From: Microthrixaceae bacterium
Lineage (GTDB): Bacteria > Actinomycetota > Acidimicrobiia > Acidimicrobiales > Microtrichaceae
Length of the DNA stretch: 64,000 nt
Assembly (NCBI GenBank): GCA_049316905.1
Contig: JBMOJH010000004.1
Span: 631 to 64,630 of the forward strand
Direction: 5' to 3'
Shown: positions 7,429 to 15,200 of the stretch, piece by piece
How positions within the stretch are numbered: position 1 is the stretch's first letter
Layout: every line of letters begins with the position of its first letter
Program-made: the position numbers and the translations under genes
Notes under the pieces: model-generated
What the model was told of the DNA's origin: nothing
The model's input: only the letters and a program-made list of their open reading frames with translations
Databases searched by the model: none

Positions 7429-9078
7429 TCAGCGACGCAGCCGGGCGCGCAGTTCGCGGCGCACCACCGGCAGCGAGAACGACCGGCGGTTGCCGTCCAC
7501 CAGGGTGACGCCGTCGCAGTCCCACACGGTGTGCACGCCGTGCGGGTACGGGCCGGTCGGGTCGGGGAGGATGCGGGCCACCTCGGTCTGCTCGAACCCG
7601 TCGGGGTCGAGTCGGTCCACCCGCATCACCGCCACGGCCGCTCCGTAGCGGGGCGCGCAGCGCTGGGCCGGCCGGTACAGCACGCCGTCACGCACGAAGG
7701 GCGCACCGGCTGGACGGGCGCTCGCCACGTCCACCGCCAGCGGGTCCACGCGGTGGCGGGTCCAGGGGCCGTGCAGGTCGTCGGCCCACCATGCGCGGAG
7801 CCGCTCGTTCGAGCCCCGGTCGCGGTCGGTGCCGAGGAGCCACCAACGGCCCTCCCACCGGAACACCGTGGGGTCGATGACCGCCTCGCCCTGCAGGAGC
7901 GGGAACGAGTCGCCCAGCGTGGCGGTCGCCGGGTCGAAGCGGTGGGCCCGCACCTCCCCGGCCCGGGCGGTCTCCGGGATGCACCACCAGTCGGCGCCGT
8001 CACGCACCAGCGTGGGGTACGACGCGTGCACGTCGAAGCGGGCCATCGGCACCGGACCGCGGACGTGGGCGGTCGCCGTCGGCGTGTCCAGCCGGAAGCT
8101 CGACAGGGTGCCGTGGGACTCCCGGTGGTCGAGCTCCTCCACCAGCACCACCAGGCCGTCGCCGTCGCGGCAGCCCGACGGGTCGGCCACGTAGCGGTGC
8201 GGCGAGGACGGTGCGGGGAACCACGCCACATCGGCCAGCCCCGGCCGCTCCACGAGCGTGCCGACGGGTCGGTCGAGGACGCCCACGTTCCAGTGGTCCC
8301 CGCGCAGGATGCCGTCGGCCTGGCGTCGAACCCCGGCCGCGGCGATGCGGAGGCCGGCGCGGGCCAGACGCCGCCACGAGGGTGGCTTCAGGAGGGGCGC
8401 GTCCCCGCCGCTGGGTTCGCCGTCCACCGCGGCGGGGCCGTCGGCGATCACGCGGGCGGCCACCTGTGCGGGGAGGCAGGCCGCCCCCAGGTAGGCCTGG
8501 TCCCGATTGCGCCGGTAGCTGTGCGGGACGGTCGCGAACGCGGCGCGGGCGAGCGGGACGCCCCCGTCGAGACGTTCGGTGAGGCGCTGCAGGATCACGC
8601 CCGTGACCGGATCGCCGTGTGCCATCTCCCAGAAGCAGGGCGGACCGCCCCGGATCACCCGCTCGTCGTCGTGATGGAAGGACCACACGCCCAGCGGCGC
8701 CGCATCGAGCACCTCGCCCCGCAGGAGGCCGAAGCCGAGCCGCAGGAGCAGGTCGGGTGCGTGGTCCCGCACCTCGCGCACCGCAGCGTCGGGGAACTCC
8801 TGCCAGAACCCCGAGGGCCGGGGGCGCACCGTGATCGTGGGGAGTCCGGCGAAGCGCTCGGCGCAGTCCACGGGCCGCAACGCCAGCGAGCCACGTGCCG
8901 CCGCACGGTTGAAGACCGTCCAGGCCAGGCGGCGACGTTCCCACAGCTCCCTCGCGCTCGGGCGGGGGATCCGGGGCCCGCCGTCGACCACGACGAGGGC
9001 GGGTTCGACCCCGTCCACCGCGTCGAGCGCGTCGAGCACGTCGACCTGCCAGCGCGGCAGCGTGGTGCCGGGGACCAT
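7429..9078 (-). CDS. Formyltransferase-like N-domain fused to a beta-propeller-like (GH43/32-type) C-domain; function unknown
   Basis: This is the C-terminal 550 aa of track ORF 7429..9792, starting at MVPGTTLPRWQV (CAT 9076-9078). N-terminal region: LLLRLGFGLLRGEVLDAAPLGVWSFHHDDERVIRGGPPCFWEM. C-terminal region: DPTVFRWEGRWWLLGTDRD and APFVRDGVLYRPAQ. Confidence 0.7.
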   Translation of the reverse strand: MVPGTTLPRWQVDVLDALDAVDGVEPALVVVDGGPRIPRPSARELWERRRLAWTVFNRAAARGSLALRPVDCAERFAGLPTITVRPRPSGFWQEFPDAAVREVRDHAPDLLLRLGFGLLRGEVLDAAPLGVWSFHHDDERVIRGGPPCFWEMAHGDPVTGVILQRLTERLDGGVPLARAAFATVPHSYRRNRDQAYLGAACLPAQVAARVIADGPAAVDGEPSGGDAPLLKPPSWRRLARAGLRIAAAGVRRQADGILRGDHWNVGVLDRPVGTLVERPGLADVAWFPAPSSPHRYVADPSGCRDGDGLVVLVEELDHRESHGTLSSFRLDTPTATAHVRGPVPMARFDVHASYPTLVRDGADWWCIPETARAGEVRAHRFDPATATLGDSFPLLQGEAVIDPTVFRWEGRWWLLGTDRDRGSNERLRAWWADDLHGPWTRHRVDPLAVDVASARPAGAPFVRDGVLYRPAQRCAPRYGAAVAVMRVDRLDPDGFEQTEVARILPDPTGPYPHGVHTVWDCDGVTLVDGNRRSFSLPVVRRELRARLRR

Positions 9079-9113
9079 GACGCCGTAGCGCAGCACCCGG
9101 CCACGGTACCGGG

Positions 9114-10757
9114 TCAGTCGTAGGCCGCCTCCCACCACCAACGGCCCGACTCCAGGGTGAGCAGGTGGGCCGTGCCGTCGGCCAGCACGAGCTGCACCCG
9201 GGCCCGGCGGCGGTGACCGAGCGGATCCCACCACCGCTCGTCGGTGCACCAGGGACCGGCCCACGACCGCACCTCCGTCCACGCACCGCCGTCGAGCGAG
9301 CACCGTGCCGGCGGCGCCGAGGCCAGGCCGCGGCCGCCCACCACCACCTGCCGGCCGGCCGCGTCGAGCACCCCCGCGGGCCGCGGGGCGGGCCACACCA
9401 GCGCGGGTGACGGCACCGGGAGGGACCCCGGCCAGGGCTCGGGACCGGGTTCGGCACGCCCGGCGAGGTCGACCGAGTCGAGCGGCACCAACCGGTAGCG
9501 CTCCGACGGGGCCCGACCGCCGCGCCACTCCGGGACCCGCACCGCGTCCGGGCCGGCCAGGGCCTGCACCCGGGCCAGTGCGCGCACGGCCCGCTCCCCC
9601 GCCTCGCTGGAACCGCCCCAGAAACCGAGCTGCCGGCCCGTGTCGCCCACCACCTCGTCGGGCACGAGCTCCAGGCGGCTGACCCCGCCCCGGCAACGGG
9701 CGGTGGTGCGGCCCGAGCCGAGCCACCCCTCCAGCTGCCAGCGCATCCGCTGCGCCACGGCCGCGGCCGACAACCCGCCCTCGTGACGCCACAGCCGCTC
9801 GATCCGGTCGCCCAGCTCCGTCTCGGCCACCACCAGGACGCGGGTACAGGCCAGGCCGCGGGCGGAGAGGCGCTCGTGGAACTCGTCGGCCAGGGCCTTG
9901 GCGGCGAAGGCCGCCCGGTCCACCCGCTCCGCGGGGGGATCGAGCTCGGCCGCGACCGCGAGGTCGGCCGGGGGGTCGGTGACCCGGGGCGGTCGGTCCT
10001 CACGCCCGGAGACCAGCCGGTGGGCGTCCAGGCCGTCGGCGCCGAAACGGGCCAGCACGTCGGCCGGCTCGAGCGCCGCGAGGTGCCCGAGCGTGCGCAG
10101 CCCGAGCCGCGCCAGCACCTCGGGCAGGTCCTCGGACCGGCCCTCGCCCGTGCGGCCCGGACCCACCTGGACCAGCCGCCGCACCGGCAACGGGGCGAGC
10201 GCGGCGGCCGTGGCCCCGGCCGGCACGACCACCGGGCTGTCCGGGCCACGGATCAGAGCGTCGTGGGCGAGGAGCGCGGCGGCCCGCGGACCGTCGGCCA
10301 CCGCCACCCCCACCCGGCACGCCGAACCCTCTCCATCCGAACGACCCTCCCCACGCGAACGACCCAGCGCCGCACGCACGCGGTCGAGCACCAGACCGGC
10401 GAGGGCGCGGTCGCCGCCGTGGTAGCGCGACGGCCCCCGCGTGGGCACCGCGCAGCGACCCGGCGCGGTGACCTCGAGGCGGGGGGCCAGATCCTCCAGC
10501 GCGCCGAGCACCACCTCGAAAGCCCGGGCGTCACGCTGCTCGTCGAACTCGTGGACCTCCACCACCGGACACCGAGACTGGGCCTCGCGGCGACGCTGTC
10601 CCACCTCCACGCCCTCGGAGCGGGCCGCGGGGCTGACCGCCCGGACCCGGTTGGCCCGCACCACCGCCACCGGCACGTGCGGGGGGCGCCCGGTGGCCAC
10701 CGCGGGCCAGTCCCCGCACCAGACGGCCAGGGTGCGGACCGGGCCGCCCTCGTTCAT
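9114..10757 (-). CDS. imuB: ImuB, Y-family-polymerase-like subunit of the SOS mutasome
   Basis: The N-terminus RTLAVWCGDWPAVA and the overall layout are typical of ImuB. It shares an ATGA start/stop overlap with the upstream imuA'-like gene. Confidence 0.8.
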   Translation of the reverse strand: MNEGGPVRTLAVWCGDWPAVATGRPPHVPVAVVRANRVRAVSPAARSEGVEVGQRRREAQSRCPVVEVHEFDEQRDARAFEVVLGALEDLAPRLEVTAPGRCAVPTRGPSRYHGGDRALAGLVLDRVRAALGRSRGEGRSDGEGSACRVGVAVADGPRAAALLAHDALIRGPDSPVVVPAGATAAALAPLPVRRLVQVGPGRTGEGRSEDLPEVLARLGLRTLGHLAALEPADVLARFGADGLDAHRLVSGREDRPPRVTDPPADLAVAAELDPPAERVDRAAFAAKALADEFHERLSARGLACTRVLVVAETELGDRIERLWRHEGGLSAAAVAQRMRWQLEGWLGSGRTTARCRGGVSRLELVPDEVVGDTGRQLGFWGGSSEAGERAVRALARVQALAGPDAVRVPEWRGGRAPSERYRLVPLDSVDLAGRAEPGPEPWPGSLPVPSPALVWPAPRPAGVLDAAGRQVVVGGRGLASAPPARCSLDGGAWTEVRSWAGPWCTDERWWDPLGHRRRARVQLVLADGTAHLLTLESGRWWWEAAYD

Positions 10758-11590
10758 CCCGCCGGACGGGCGGGCAACCGCACCACGGGCGCCACCCCGA
10801 CCCCATCAGCGGGGTGGCGCCCGTGGTCGACCTCATCACCGGCGGGAGCGGGGCGGCCCTCCGCGCCCGGGATCCACAGGTCCACCCGGCGTGGACGAGC
10901 GAGGTGACCCCGGCCCGTGGCCACCACGGTGAGGCGACGGGAGCGGAGATGACCGTGCCCGTCCCCCATCCCGTCCCAGACCGCGGCATCGGTGCCGAGC
11001 CGAACGTCGGCCGGCCAGCCGTCGGCCCCGCGGTTCCCGTCGCGACGGTCGCCGCCGTGGCGGACCCCGGCCTCCACGCCCACCAGGACCGAACCGCGTT
11101 CGCGGGCCCGGGCCGAGAGACGCCGGAGGTCGGCCGCGGAGGGCCGGTGTGCCGGACCGCAGAGCACCACGTCGAACGCGTCGAGCAGGGCCGCGGTGAC
11201 CGCGGACCACGACCCGGTGCCCGGCTCCACCACCGCCACCCGCTCGAGCGCCACGCCGACCTCCGCGGCGGCGGACCAGCCGAGCGCCGGCAACCCCACG
11301 CACGCGGCCCACGACCCGGCGCGGGTGGGGCCGGCCAACACGGCGAGCGCCAGTGACGTGGCGCCGGGACCACCCGCCACCCGGACCGAACTCCCCCGCA
11401 CCAGGCCGCCGGCGGGCAGCAGCGGTTCGAGCGCGGCGAGCACCGGCAGGGTGCGTTCGTGGGCCGCGGTGACGGGGCGGACCGAGTCGATCAGCTGCCG
11501 GAGCGTGGCGGCGCGGTCCTCACCGCGGCCGGCGGCGGCCGGGGCGGCGGTCGGGGCAGCGGTCGGGGCAGCGATCGATCCGGCGGGCAC
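10754..11590 (-). CDS. imuA': ImuA' (RecA-fold cell-division-inhibitor-like SOS protein)
   Basis: From track ORF 10754..11626. It contains GSSVRVAGGPGATSLALAVLAGPTRAGSWAACVGLPALG, a degenerate RecA/KaiC-like P-loop region. I place the start at GTG 11590, downstream of the SOS box, because the track start would put the box inside the gene. Confidence 0.7.
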   Translation of the reverse strand: MPAGSIAAPTAAPTAAPAAAGRGEDRAATLRQLIDSVRPVTAAHERTLPVLAALEPLLPAGGLVRGSSVRVAGGPGATSLALAVLAGPTRAGSWAACVGLPALGWSAAAEVGVALERVAVVEPGTGSWSAVTAALLDAFDVVLCGPAHRPSAADLRRLSARARERGSVLVGVEAGVRHGGDRRDGNRGADGWPADVRLGTDAAVWDGMGDGHGHLRSRRLTVVATGRGHLARPRRVDLWIPGAEGRPAPAGDEVDHGRHPADGVGVAPVVRLPARPAG

Positions 11591-11600
11591 CCCGCCAGTA

Positions 11601-11616
11601 TCGAACACCTGTTCGA
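11601..11616. promoter_or_regulatory. LexA (SOS) box TCGAACACCTGTTCGA
   Basis: This is a perfect match to the actinobacterial consensus TCGAAC-N4-GTTCGA. On the minus strand it abuts GATACT (-10-like), followed by 6 nt and then GTG 11590. Confidence 0.8.
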
Positions 11617-11644
11617 TCGGGCGCAAGGGCCCGGTCGAACGACG

Positions 11645-11992
11645 TCAGCCGGCGTCGGCCTCCTCGCCGGTGGCGAAGTCCTCCGGCGACGGAACGGGCA
11701 CGCCGGGCCGGTAGTGGGTGTAGAGGTCCTCGATGATGTCGGCGATGCCGTCGGTGTCCGACGAGCCCGTGGCGAGGTCCAGCGTGATCACGTTGGCGTT
11801 CACGTGCACGGCGTCGATCCCGCCGCGGGCGAACAGCCGCCGGGCCAGCTCGTCGGGCGGACGGTCACCCTCCACCGGCCGGTCGTGCAGGTAGCGCTCG
11901 TGGCCCATGCCGGTGAGGACACGGTTGAGCTCGTAGCGGACCACGCCGGGGCGGCTGGACGGCTTCTCGATGACGGAGACGGGCTGACCCAT
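11645..11992 (-). CDS. Small NifU/Nfu N-terminal-domain-like protein
   Basis: This is the C-terminal 116 aa of track ORF 11645..12169, starting at MGQPVSVIEKPSSRPGVVRYELNRVL (CAT 11990-11992). The family call is tentative. Confidence 0.5.
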   Translation of the reverse strand: MGQPVSVIEKPSSRPGVVRYELNRVLTGMGHERYLHDRPVEGDRPPDELARRLFARGGIDAVHVNANVITLDLATGSSDTDGIADIIEDLYTHYRPGVPVPSPEDFATGEEADAG

Positions 11993-12101
11993 AGCGCCGC
12001 CGATCGTAGCCCCGCGCCCGCCGACGGCCCCACATCGGGCCGGACCGCCGGCCGCCCGCGCCCCGACCCGCGGCTGGACCCCCGACCGGGCGACCGGCAC
12101 G

Positions 12102-12632
12102 ATGGCCCGCATGACCAGCCCCGGACCCGCCGGACAGGACCCGCCCCGCGGCGCCGGGTCGACGCCCATCCCCGTCGGCGCACCCGGTCGGCGGAGCGCA
12201 CCCGAACCCGAGCCGGGTGACGACGCGCACGTCGTGACGGTGTTCGCCGCGGTGGGCGGCCAACCGTTCTTCGACCACCTGGTCGGACGGTTCTACGAGC
12301 ACGTGGCCGACGACGAGGTGCTGCTGCGGCTCTACCCCGACCCGATCGACCTGGGCCCCGCGGCCGAACGGCTCGCGCTCTTCCTCGGCCAGTACTGGGG
12401 TGGGCCCGCCACCTACTCCGACCGACGCGGCCACCCGCGGCTGCGCATGCGCCACCAGCCCTACGTGATCGGTCAGGTCGAACGCGACCACTGGATGGCC
12501 GCCATGCTGGACGCACTCGAGGCCACGCTCCCCGAGGCCCCGCTCGACGACGAGTTCCGCGGGCAGGTGCGTGGCCAGATGACGGCCTACTTCGAGATGG
12601 CCGCCGACGCGATGGTCAACGCCCCCGCCTGA
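12102..12632 (+). CDS. glbO: Group II truncated haemoglobin (trHbO)
   Basis: Matching region: FFDHLVGRFYEHVADDEVLLRLYP...LFLGQYWGGPATYSDRRGHPRLRMRHQPYVIGQVERDHWMAAM. The N-terminal approximately 40 aa are low complexity, so the start may be later. Confidence 0.8.
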   Translation: MARMTSPGPAGQDPPRGAGSTPIPVGAPGRRSAPEPEPGDDAHVVTVFAAVGGQPFFDHLVGRFYEHVADDEVLLRLYPDPIDLGPAAERLALFLGQYWGGPATYSDRRGHPRLRMRHQPYVIGQVERDHWMAAMLDALEATLPEAPLDDEFRGQVRGQMTAYFEMAADAMVNAPA

Positions 12633-12638
12633 CCCGCG

Positions 12639-13370
12639 TCAGCGCACCAGGTCCCGCGGCACGGTGATGCCTGCGGCGTCGGCCGCGACGGCCATGGCGC
12701 GGTCGAAGAACGCGTCGTGGTCGGTCACCACGTTGTGCAGGTGGCCCCACAGCTCGAAGCCGACCGATCCCACGAGCGCGATCCACATCACGATCGCCCG
12801 CTCCACGAAGTCCTCCTGCTCGGGCTCGACCCCGGCGAACACCGCCACCGTGGGCTCCACCACCGACGGACCCGGCAACGGGGCCTCCGGCGAGCGCACC
12901 AGCCCCTCGGCCATCGCCGCGGCGGCCACCCCGGCGAGCACCCGGCCGATGCGGGTGGCCGGCTCCACCGTGTCCACCGGAGCGGCGTAGCCGACCACCG
13001 GCGAGCCGTAGACCAGCGCCCACTCGTGGGGGTGCGCACGGGCCCAGTCGCGGACCGCGCGGCAGACCCGCAACCAGCGCTCCCCCGCCACCGCGCCATC
13101 GGTCACGGCCCCGTCGTCCGCGGCCTCGGCGGCGGCGCCCAACGCGTCGTAGGCGTCGATGATCAGGGCGGTGAGCAGTTCGTCGCGGCTCGGGTAGTAC
13201 CGGTACAGCGCGGAGGACGCCACGCCCAGGGCCCGAGCCACCGACCGCAGGGACAGGCCCGCCGCCCCCACCTCGGCGAGCTGGCGACGGGCCTCGTCGG
13301 TGATCTCGGCGGTCATCTCCGCCCGGGCCCGCTCACGGGCGGTGGGTCGGCTGCGTTCCCGGGTGGCCAT
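12639..13370 (-). CDS. TetR/AcrR-family transcriptional regulator
   Basis: Track ORF trimmed to MATRERSRPTARERA (CAT 13368-13370). The HTH is LSLRSVARALGVASSALYRYYPSRDELL. Confidence 0.85.
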   Translation of the reverse strand: MATRERSRPTARERARAEMTAEITDEARRQLAEVGAAGLSLRSVARALGVASSALYRYYPSRDELLTALIIDAYDALGAAAEAADDGAVTDGAVAGERWLRVCRAVRDWARAHPHEWALVYGSPVVGYAAPVDTVEPATRIGRVLAGVAAAAMAEGLVRSPEAPLPGPSVVEPTVAVFAGVEPEQEDFVERAIVMWIALVGSVGFELWGHLHNVVTDHDAFFDRAMAVAADAAGITVPRDLVR

Positions 13371-13394
13371 GGGTCCAGTGTGCCAGCCGAATGC

Positions 13395-13424
13395 GAGCAC
13401 TGCACGCATTCGAGAGCAGTGCTC
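13395..13424. promoter_or_regulatory. Operator-like inverted repeat GAGCACTGC-N12-GCAGTGCTC
   Basis: Read directly in the TetR/epimerase divergent intergenic region. Confidence 0.45.
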
Positions 13425-13447
13425 TTGACATCACCCACCACTAGCGC

Positions 13448-13477
13448 GAACACTGCTCTTGTCCGAGAGCAGTGTTC
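13448..13477. promoter_or_regulatory. Operator-like perfect inverted repeat GAACACTGCTCT-N6-AGAGCAGTGTTC
   Basis: Read directly: 12-bp perfect arms, sharing the core GCAGTG/CACTGC with the first palindrome. It lies 25 nt upstream of the epimerase ATG. Confidence 0.55.
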
Positions 13478-13501
13478 ACACTTCCATCCAGGAGCAGCAT
13501 C

Positions 13502-14545
13502 ATGTCCAGCCCGCAGTCCCCCTCCCGACCTGCCTCCCCCGGCCTCCACGTCGTGGCCGGCAAGGGCCCCGTCGGCGACACCACCGCCCGCCGCCTCGCC
13601 GATGCCGGCAACCGGGTCCGGGTGCTGAGCCGCTCCGGCGCCCCGACCAGCACCCCGACCAGCACCCCGACCAGCACCCCGGCCCGCGCCCCCGGCACCG
13701 CAGCGGATCCCCGCATCGAGCACGTCGCGGTGGATGCGGCCGACGGCGCCGCCGTGCTCGCCGCCACCGAGGGCGCGGCCACCGTCTACAACTGCCTCAA
13801 CCCCGAGTACCACCGTTGGGCCACCGACTGGCCGCCGATGGCCGCCGCCCTCCTCGACGCCGCCGAGGCCCACGACGCGGTGCTCGTCACCATGAGCAAC
13901 CTCTACGGCTACGGCCCGGTGGACGGTCCGATCACCGAGGACCTGCCGCTCGCTGCTCCCGGCACCAAGGGCCGCGTCCGCGCCGCGATGTGGCAGGAGG
14001 CGCTGGCCCGCCACCGCGCCGGGCGCGTGCGGGTCACCGAGGCGCGGGCCTCGGACTTCTACGGACCACTCGTGACCGACGGCGGCTACCTGGGCGAGCG
14101 GGCCGTCCCCCGCCTCCTCGCCGGGAAGAAGGTGCAGGTCATCGGCGACCCGGACCAGCCGCACTCGTGGACCTACATCCCCGACGTGGCCGACGCGCTG
14201 GTGCTCCTCGGCACCGACGAGCGGGCGTGGGGTCGGGCGTGGCACGTGCCGACCGCGCCGGCCGCGTCGATGCGCGAGATGGTGCGGATGATGGCGGCCG
14301 CCGCCGGCGTGGACGACCCGGGCGTGTCGACCCTGCCCTGGTGGGTGGTCCGCTCCGCCGGCCTGGTGGTCCCGTTCATGAAGGAGCTGCGCGAGACGCG
14401 CTACCAGTTCGACCGGCCGTTCGTCCTGGACTCGTCCGCCTTCACCCGCACGTTCGGCCGGAACGCGACCCCGGTCACCGAGGGGCTCGCCGAGACGGTC
14501 ACCTGGTGGGAGGAGCGCACCGGCCGGGTCGCCGCCGCGGCCTGA
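13502..14545 (+). CDS. NAD-dependent epimerase/dehydratase-family (atypical SDR) protein
   Basis: Track ORF 13472..14545 trimmed to ATG 13502, preceded by AGGAG. Matching regions are VVAGKGPVGDTTARRL and a family-typical C-terminal half. Confidence 0.75.
   Translation: MSSPQSPSRPASPGLHVVAGKGPVGDTTARRLADAGNRVRVLSRSGAPTSTPTSTPTSTPARAPGTAADPRIEHVAVDAADGAAVLAATEGAATVYNCLNPEYHRWATDWPPMAAALLDAAEAHDAVLVTMSNLYGYGPVDGPITEDLPLAAPGTKGRVRAAMWQEALARHRAGRVRVTEARASDFYGPLVTDGGYLGERAVPRLLAGKKVQVIGDPDQPHSWTYIPDVADALVLLGTDERAWGRAWHVPTAPAASMREMVRMMAAAAGVDDPGVSTLPWWVVRSAGLVVPFMKELRETRYQFDRPFVLDSSAFTRTFGRNATPVTEGLAETVTWWEERTGRVAAAA
13643..13678 (+). repeat. In-frame 12-bp tandem repeat CCGACCAGCACC x3 (PTST x3) inside the epimerase gene
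   Basis: Read directly. Confidence 0.9.
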
Positions 14546-14559
14546 CCGGAGAAAGGGCT

Positions 14560-14610
14560 GAGGGTCGCTCCGTCACCGGACCCCATCAGAACCGGTGGAG
14601 AGCGACCCTC
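14560..14610. terminator. Long imperfect hairpin between convergent genes (possible bidirectional terminator)
   Basis: GAGGGTCGCTCCGTCACCGG (14560-14579) pairs with CCGGTGGAGAGCGACCCTC (14592-14610). There is no clear U tract. Confidence 0.45.
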
Positions 14611-14706
14611 GGTCCCGCCGCCCTTGGGAGAGGAAGGGTGGATGGGAGGACGACGCAACCATGGCCGAAGCCACGCACGCATCATGCCCCATGCCCCACC
14701 CCTGCG

Positions 14707-15114
14707 TCAGGATGGCACCGGCTGCTGTTCGACGGCGCTGACGGGCGTCGCCCGCAGCGACCTGACCGCCAGCCACGCGAGCGCGATCGACACCACCGCG
14801 AGCACCGTGTGCACCACCACGAAGGCCACCGGGTGGTCGCCACCGAGCGCGATGTCGCCGGCACGGACGATCCAGACCCCGGTGGTCCACACGGCGAACA
14901 CGGTCATGGCCGGTGCCAGCCACCCCACGGGACGACCCCGCCACCGGAGCACGAGCGCCACGGCGAGCACCAGCGCGGGCAGCACGAACGAGGTGGCGAG
15001 CAGCAGGGGTCCGGTTCGGCCCGCGGCGTCGAGCGCCGTGTCCGCGAGGGCGTTGCGGATACGCCCCACCCACACGAAGAGCGTCCAGGCGAGGAAGGCG
15101 GCCGACCACTTCAC
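14707..15114 (-). CDS. Small integral membrane protein (about 4 TM), unknown function
   Basis: The 135-aa ORF has hydrophobic segments (AAFLAWTLFVWVG, LLLATSFVLPALVLAVALVL, TVFAVWTTGVWIV, VVVHTVLAVVSIALAWLAV) and good GC3. Confidence 0.55.
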   Translation of the reverse strand: MKWSAAFLAWTLFVWVGRIRNALADTALDAAGRTGPLLLATSFVLPALVLAVALVLRWRGRPVGWLAPAMTVFAVWTTGVWIVRAGDIALGGDHPVAFVVVHTVLAVVSIALAWLAVRSLRATPVSAVEQQPVPS

Positions 15115-15159
15115 ACCGCCACGGTAGGCGCCGTGTCGCCGTTGGCCCCAGCGGGCTAC

Positions 15160-15177
15160 CTTGACCGCACAGTCAAG
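15160..15177. promoter_or_regulatory. Inverted repeat CTTGAC-N6-GTCAAG upstream of the acyl-CoA dehydrogenase gene
   Basis: Read directly, 24 nt upstream of ATG 15201. The function is speculative. Confidence 0.25.
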
Positions 15178-15200
15178 TCACCGCTCAGGGGGTCCAGGAC

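Noticed and set aside
9079-11626. Claiming that dnaE2 is absent from the organism.
   Set aside because: Only this 64-kb window is visible, and dnaE2 is unlinked from imuA'-imuB in some actinobacteria. I report only its absence from this cassette.
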